Source: Vicinamibacterales bacterium
GTDB lineage: Bacteria; Acidobacteriota; Vicinamibacteria; Vicinamibacterales; CAVVIG01
Reading direction: 5' to 3'
Length of the DNA: 64,000 nucleotides
Assembly (NCBI GenBank): GCA_050183995.1
Contig: JBFXAT010000014.1
Location: forward strand, 7,382 to 71,381
Below the pieces are notes generated by a model, which was given only the letters and a program-made list of their open reading frames with translations, had not been told where the DNA came from and did no database searches. Each line of letters begins with the position of its first letter. The first letter of the stretch is position 1. Made by a program: the position numbers and the translations under genes. Positions 59,660-64,000 of this stretch are shown here, in pieces.

Positions 59660-60070
59660 ATGTCACGCTTTCTCAGGTTCAACGGCGCGGTGACGCACGA
59701 GCCGGCGATCGACGCGTGGTTCGACCGTCGACGGCCGGACCTCGCCGCAATCGCGCGAGCGTGGTTCGACGAGATGCGCCGGTGCGGCCCGGACGTGACG
59801 GAGCTGCTGCACGACGGGCACCCCACGGCATGCGTCGAAGACGCCGGGTTCGGCTACGTGAACGTCTTCACCTCCCACGTGAACATCGGGTTCTTTCACG
59901 GCGCGACCCTGGACGATCCCGCGCACATCCTGGAAGGCACCGGCCGGTTCATGCGGCACGTCAAGGCCAGCCCTGAATCGTTGCCCGACCGTGCGGCGCT
60001 GCAGGCCATCGTCGACGCGGCCTACAAAGACATCAAGGCGAAGCTGCGCATAGAGCGCACGCACAGATAG
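59660..60070 (+). CDS. DUF1801 domain protein
   Basis: HVNIGFFHGATLDDPAHILEGTGRFMRHVK motif. Confidence 0.85.
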   Translation: MSRFLRFNGAVTHEPAIDAWFDRRRPDLAAIARAWFDEMRRCGPDVTELLHDGHPTACVEDAGFGYVNVFTSHVNIGFFHGATLDDPAHILEGTGRFMRHVKASPESLPDRAALQAIVDAAYKDIKAKLRIERTHR

Positions 60071-60127
60071 GCGCTACGCGAGGTCCGCCCAGCTGCCCGT
60101 GTGGTCGGGTCGATCGGCGGGCCGCGG

Positions 60128-61978
60128 CTACTTCGGTCCGATCGCGGCGCGAGACTCGAGCTCGTCCCACCGCGTATACGCGGCGAGCAGCAGCGTCTCC
60201 AGCTCCTCGAGCCTGGAGAGGGCCTCGTGTATGTCGGTGGCGGTGCGTTTGTAGAAATCCGCGGACGCCACGGTGCTCTGCAGGTGCCGCTGCTCGCGTT
60301 CGAGCGCCTCAATCCGCGCCGGCAGATCCGCGAGCTCCCGCTGCTCCTTGTAGGACGGCTTGCGCGGCGTCTTCGCTTTCGATGCGTCGTCCAGTGCCTT
60401 GTCTGTCTCGACCCTGCCGCGCACATCGCGCGACGCACCGCCGACCGCGGCCGTGTCCCCGCTCCGGCGCGCCGACGCGGCCGCCTGCCGGACCTGCCGC
60501 AGCCAGTCCTCGTACCCGCCGACGTATTCCTGAATGTGCCCGGCGCCTTCGAACACGAGGGTGCTCGTCACCACGTGATCGATGAACGTGCGGTCGTGGC
60601 TGACCAGCAGGAGCGTGCCCTGCCAGGCCGCGAGCCGCGCCTCGAGAATCTCCAGCGTCTCGATATCGAGATCGTTGGTCGGCTCGTCCATCACGAGCAC
60701 GTTGAACGGGCGGGCGAAGAGCCGCGCCAGCAGCAGCCGATTGCGTTCGCCGCCCGAGAGCGCTCGCACGGGCGACAGTGCCCGCTCAGGCGGGAAGAGA
60801 AAGTCCCGCAGGTACCCGTGCACGTGCTGCGTCCGGTCGTTGATCGTCACCGTGTCGCGGCCGTCGGCCACGGTCTCCCAGACGGTGCGATCCGGGTCGA
60901 GCTGCTCGCGCTGCTGATCGTAGTAGGCGATCTGGACGTTCGCGCCCTGCCGCACCTCACCTGTGTCCGGCGAGAGCTCGCCGAGCAGCAGCTTGAGCAG
61001 CGTGGTCTTGCCCGAGCCGTTCGGCCCGATCAGGCCGATGCGGTCGCCCCGCATGATCCGCACCGAAAAGCGGCTGACCACCGGCACGTCAGCGAACGCC
61101 TTCGAGATCCCCTCCGCTTCGAACACCATCTGGCCGCTGCGCGCACCAATCGCGGCGTCCAAACGGACCGAGCCGACCTGCGATCGCCGGCTCGCGCGCT
61201 CCTCCCGCATGGCGAGCAACGCGCGGACGCGCCCCTCGTTTCTCGTCCGCCGCGCCTTGATGCCCTGGCGCAGCCAGGCCTCTTCTTCGGCGAGGCGCTT
61301 GTCGAACTTGGCGTGATGCGCCTCCTCGACCGCGAGCGCTTCCTCCTTGCGCCGGAGGAACGTCGCGTAGTCGCCCGGCCACGACGTCAGCCGGCCGCGG
61401 TCGAGCTCGACGATCCGCGTGGCGACCGCCTCGAGAAACGCGCGGTCGTGCGTGACGAACAGCACGGCGCCCGGATAGTCGGCCAGAAAGCCTTCGAGCC
61501 AGCGGATCGACTCGATGTCGAGGTGATTGGTCGGCTCGTCCAGCAGGAGCAGGTCGGGCTCGGTCACGAGCGCCCGCGCCAGCAGCACGCGGCGGCGCCA
61601 GCCGCCCGAGAGGGTGCCCATGCGCGCGTCCGCCGGCACCTGAAGCCTGGACAGCACCATCTCGACGCGGTGATCGACCTGCCATTTCTCGTCGCCCCGA
61701 TCTCCGAGCGGTTCGGCAACGACGTCGAAGGTGAGCCGGTCTTCGGCGAACAACGCATCCTGCGCCAGCCGGCCGATGCGCAGCCCGGGCTGGTGCCACA
61801 CCTCGCCTTCCTGCGGCGCGACGTCCCCGCCGGCGATGCTCAGCAAGGTCGACTTGCCCGTCCCGTTGCGGCCGATCACGCAGACGCGCTCGCGTGGCTC
61901 GATGCGGAGCTGGGCCTGGTGCAGGAGGGGCAGATGGCCGTAGGCCATCGAGAGGTTGTCGAGCGAGACGAGCGGCAT
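60128..61978 (-). CDS. uup: ABC-F ATPase (Uup-like)
   Basis: Two ABC domains (GRNGTGKST/LSGGW/DEPTNHLD; GPNGSGKTT/LSGGE/DEPTNDLD), KARRTRN and a C-terminal coiled coil. Confidence 0.88.
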   Translation of the reverse strand: MPLVSLDNLSMAYGHLPLLHQAQLRIEPRERVCVIGRNGTGKSTLLSIAGGDVAPQEGEVWHQPGLRIGRLAQDALFAEDRLTFDVVAEPLGDRGDEKWQVDHRVEMVLSRLQVPADARMGTLSGGWRRRVLLARALVTEPDLLLLDEPTNHLDIESIRWLEGFLADYPGAVLFVTHDRAFLEAVATRIVELDRGRLTSWPGDYATFLRRKEEALAVEEAHHAKFDKRLAEEEAWLRQGIKARRTRNEGRVRALLAMREERASRRSQVGSVRLDAAIGARSGQMVFEAEGISKAFADVPVVSRFSVRIMRGDRIGLIGPNGSGKTTLLKLLLGELSPDTGEVRQGANVQIAYYDQQREQLDPDRTVWETVADGRDTVTINDRTQHVHGYLRDFLFPPERALSPVRALSGGERNRLLLARLFARPFNVLVMDEPTNDLDIETLEILEARLAAWQGTLLLVSHDRTFIDHVVTSTLVFEGAGHIQEYVGGYEDWLRQVRQAAASARRSGDTAAVGGASRDVRGRVETDKALDDASKAKTPRKPSYKEQRELADLPARIEALEREQRHLQSTVASADFYKRTATDIHEALSRLEELETLLLAAYTRWDELESRAAIGPK

Positions 61979-62088
61979 CTTCGAGGATCGTACCACCCGC
62001 CGCGGAGCGTGCGGCAACTCCCCGCCGGAGCGTCGCCCGTGTGCGGGCGATAATTGGGGCGTGCACCGCGGCGCGAAAGGATCCGTGA

Positions 62089-62883
62089 GTGGCTGATCGC
62101 CGCTGGCAGTTCGCCGTGTTCGCGTCGCGGTGGCGCAACCGGATGCACTACGCGCGTCGGGCGCCGTCGGTCTACGCGAACTGGTGGGCGCTTCCTCTGC
62201 CGATGCTCGGCGTCAGCGTCGTCCTTCGGCTGCGCAACGGGCTGCAGTACTTCGTCCGCGCCGGAACGACGGATCTGGCCGTGGTCAACGAGACCTCCCT
62301 CGCCGATCACTACCTGCCGGCGGGCTTCGCCAGCCTGCCCGAGCAGGCGGTCATCCTCGACGTCGGCGCGAACATCGGCGATTTCGCCATGAAGATGGCC
62401 CGCGCGTACCCTCGCGGTCGCATCGTCGCCGTCGAACCGGTGGCCGACCACTGCCGCATGATCGAGGTGCAGAAGCTGCTGAATCGAGCGGACAACGTGA
62501 CCACCGTGCGCATGGCGCTCGGCGGGGAGAACGGTGTCGTCGACATCCACGTGGACGGTGGACACTCGAGCGCGCTGTGGGGGAGCGGTCCTGCCGAGGT
62601 GGTGCCGCAGGCCACGCTCGGCCGGCTGATGGAGGATCTGGAGATCGACACCGTGTCCCTCCTGAAGATGGACTGTGAAGGGGCGGAGTGGGACATCATC
62701 CCGGCCGCGGAGGACGTCCTCCATCGCGTGGAGCGGATCGCCATGGAGTTCCACTGTGCCGGCGCCTGGACGCCGGAGCGGCTCGCGACCTGGCTCCGCG
62801 AGCGGGGCTTCGACGTACACCACACGTCGGGATCGTGGAACGGGCTGCTGTGGGCCATCCGGCCGCAGACACAGTCCCGTTGA
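62089..62883 (+). CDS. FkbM-family methyltransferase
   Basis: ILDVGANIG, AVEP and LLKMDCEGAE motifs. Confidence 0.9.
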   Translation: MADRRWQFAVFASRWRNRMHYARRAPSVYANWWALPLPMLGVSVVLRLRNGLQYFVRAGTTDLAVVNETSLADHYLPAGFASLPEQAVILDVGANIGDFAMKMARAYPRGRIVAVEPVADHCRMIEVQKLLNRADNVTTVRMALGGENGVVDIHVDGGHSSALWGSGPAEVVPQATLGRLMEDLEIDTVSLLKMDCEGAEWDIIPAAEDVLHRVERIAMEFHCAGAWTPERLATWLRERGFDVHHTSGSWNGLLWAIRPQTQSR

Positions 62884-62947
62884 CTCGCCGGCAGCGGACC
62901 GCCAGAATGCGACTGCCGCAGCGGAACGGCTCACTCGAGGAGGCAGC

Positions 62948-63349
62948 GTGGCAAACGTCGGGACGGTGCAGCGGATCTACGAGTGTTTTGGCCGGGGTGA
63001 TGTTGCGGGCGTGCTCGATCAGCTCGCCGACGACGTCGAGTGGGAGTACGGCGTCAACTCGACCGACGTGCCGTGGCTCCAGCCGCGGCGGGGCCGAGCG
63101 GACGTGGCCAACTTCTTTCAGGCCCTCGGCGCGCTCGAATTCCACAGGTTCCAGCCGACCGCATTTCTCGAAGCGGACACGATCGTTGTCGCCCTGGTGG
63201 ACCTGGAAGCGACCGTCCGGGCCACAGGCCGCCGTCTGCTCGAGGAAGACGAAGTTCACATCTGGCACTTCGACCCCGCCGGCAAGGTCCGCAAGTTCCG
63301 GCACCGGGCCGATACCCATCAGCATTGGGCCGCGCTGACGGGCCGCTAG
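62948..63349 (+). CDS. NTF2/SnoaL-like protein
   Basis: VQRIYECFGRGDV...LADDVEW...HIWHF; GGAGG RBS. Confidence 0.85.
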   Translation: MANVGTVQRIYECFGRGDVAGVLDQLADDVEWEYGVNSTDVPWLQPRRGRADVANFFQALGALEFHRFQPTAFLEADTIVVALVDLEATVRATGRRLLEEDEVHIWHFDPAGKVRKFRHRADTHQHWAALTGR

Positions 63350-63377
63350 CCCCGGTGACCTTCCTCGTGGTTTCGGC

Positions 63378-63430
63378 GCCGCACGCGCACGGCGACCGCG
63401 TCAAGCCGCACGCGCACGGCGACCGCGTCA
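63378..63430. repeat. 27-bp-period perfect tandem duplication
   Basis: GCCGCACGCGCACGGCGACCGCGTCA present twice (63378-63403, 63405-63430). Confidence 0.85.
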
Positions 63431-63667
63431 GCCTGTGAAGGCCTCGTCGCCCGCCTGATGCATCAGTGCGTGGATCTCCGACTCCACCCACGCGCAGGCC
63501 CGCTCCGTTTTGTGCCAGTCGCCGCAGTGCCGGCGTGCGACGAGGTGTCCATCGAGCGTCGCGCTGACGTCCCACCCTCCACCTGCCGCCGCGCGGACGT
63601 CCATGTGAACTGTGTGCGCCTGCCCGTCATCGCCGGCCAGGAGCACGTCTCTTGTTTGAAGCTGCAC
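63428..63667 (-). CDS. Small hypothetical protein (HCGDWH motif)
   Basis: GGAGG RBS before GTG, globular composition, upstream sigma54-like promoter. Confidence 0.6.
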   Translation of the reverse strand: MQLQTRDVLLAGDDGQAHTVHMDVRAAAGGGWDVSATLDGHLVARRHCGDWHKTERACAWVESEIHALMHQAGDEAFTG

Positions 63668-63695
63668 GGTGCCTCCGGTTTACCAACCGGAGCAG

Positions 63696-63710
63696 GCAGC
63701 ATCCGTGCCA
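63696..63710 (-). promoter_or_regulatory. Putative sigma54 promoter
   Basis: Minus strand TGGCAC-GGATG-CTGC, about 30 bp before the start codon. Confidence 0.55.
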
Positions 63711-64000
63711 CGCAAGTCCGGTCCGAAAGGGGAGCATTTCGATCGGATGAACACGGAATACTTCGCATTCGCCGAAAAAGATCTCGCGCGGCCCTGGGCG
63801 GCCGCGGATTGCCCGCGCACAGACAGCCGATGTTTCGGGGCGTTCCGCGCGCCACATACCGGGCTCGAGCGGCATCGACCTTGCCACTGACCGACGCAGA
63901 AGGCAGCGACACGGCAGCGATACGGCTGCACCAAGGGTCCCGTGGCACACCAATCGACAGCGGATGTCATTCAGGAACTGGAGAGCGTCCGCAACGGCGT

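Noticed and set aside
63943-63957. sigma54 promoter on the + strand (TGGCACACCAATCGA)
   Set aside because: The -12 GC dinucleotide is missing and the downstream gene is outside the window.

Overview
High-GC bacterial DNA. The gene repertoire (carboxypeptidase-regulatory TonB-dependent receptors, TrpB2, YghX-like hydrolase) suggests Acidobacteriota, probably Vicinamibacteria; this is an inference. About 55 CDS, with no rRNA, tRNA, CRISPR array or intact transposase recognised. Three blocks stand out. (1) 45.5-56.5 kb: a Wzm/Wzt + AsnB + GT2/GT2-TPR/GT4 glycan locus joined to a RiPP-like module (HPr-kinase-like protein, PqqD/RRE, NTP_transf_5 nucleotidyltransferase). Its 90-aa peptide carries a lasso-type leader motif at the extreme C-terminus, followed only by Q-L-E-stop, and no lasso B2 protease lies in the window. 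This is the best candidate for an undescribed glyco-/phospho-peptide system. (2) 21-39 kb: an envelope lipid/glycan locus with a carbamoyltransferase, a B12-radical SAM enzyme resembling archaeal GDGT ring synthases (Grs), a CDP-alcohol phosphotransferase, a deacetylase, two CelD-type GNATs, a membrane-domain/TonB-receptor fusion, a flippase, three GT4s and a PHP protein. (3) 56.9-59 kb: a decayed integron-cassette array (attC-like sites, methyltransferase, deleted toxin-antitoxin pair, PaiB). All family calls come from motif recognition by eye, not database searches, and many start codons were moved downstream of the longest-ORF start.
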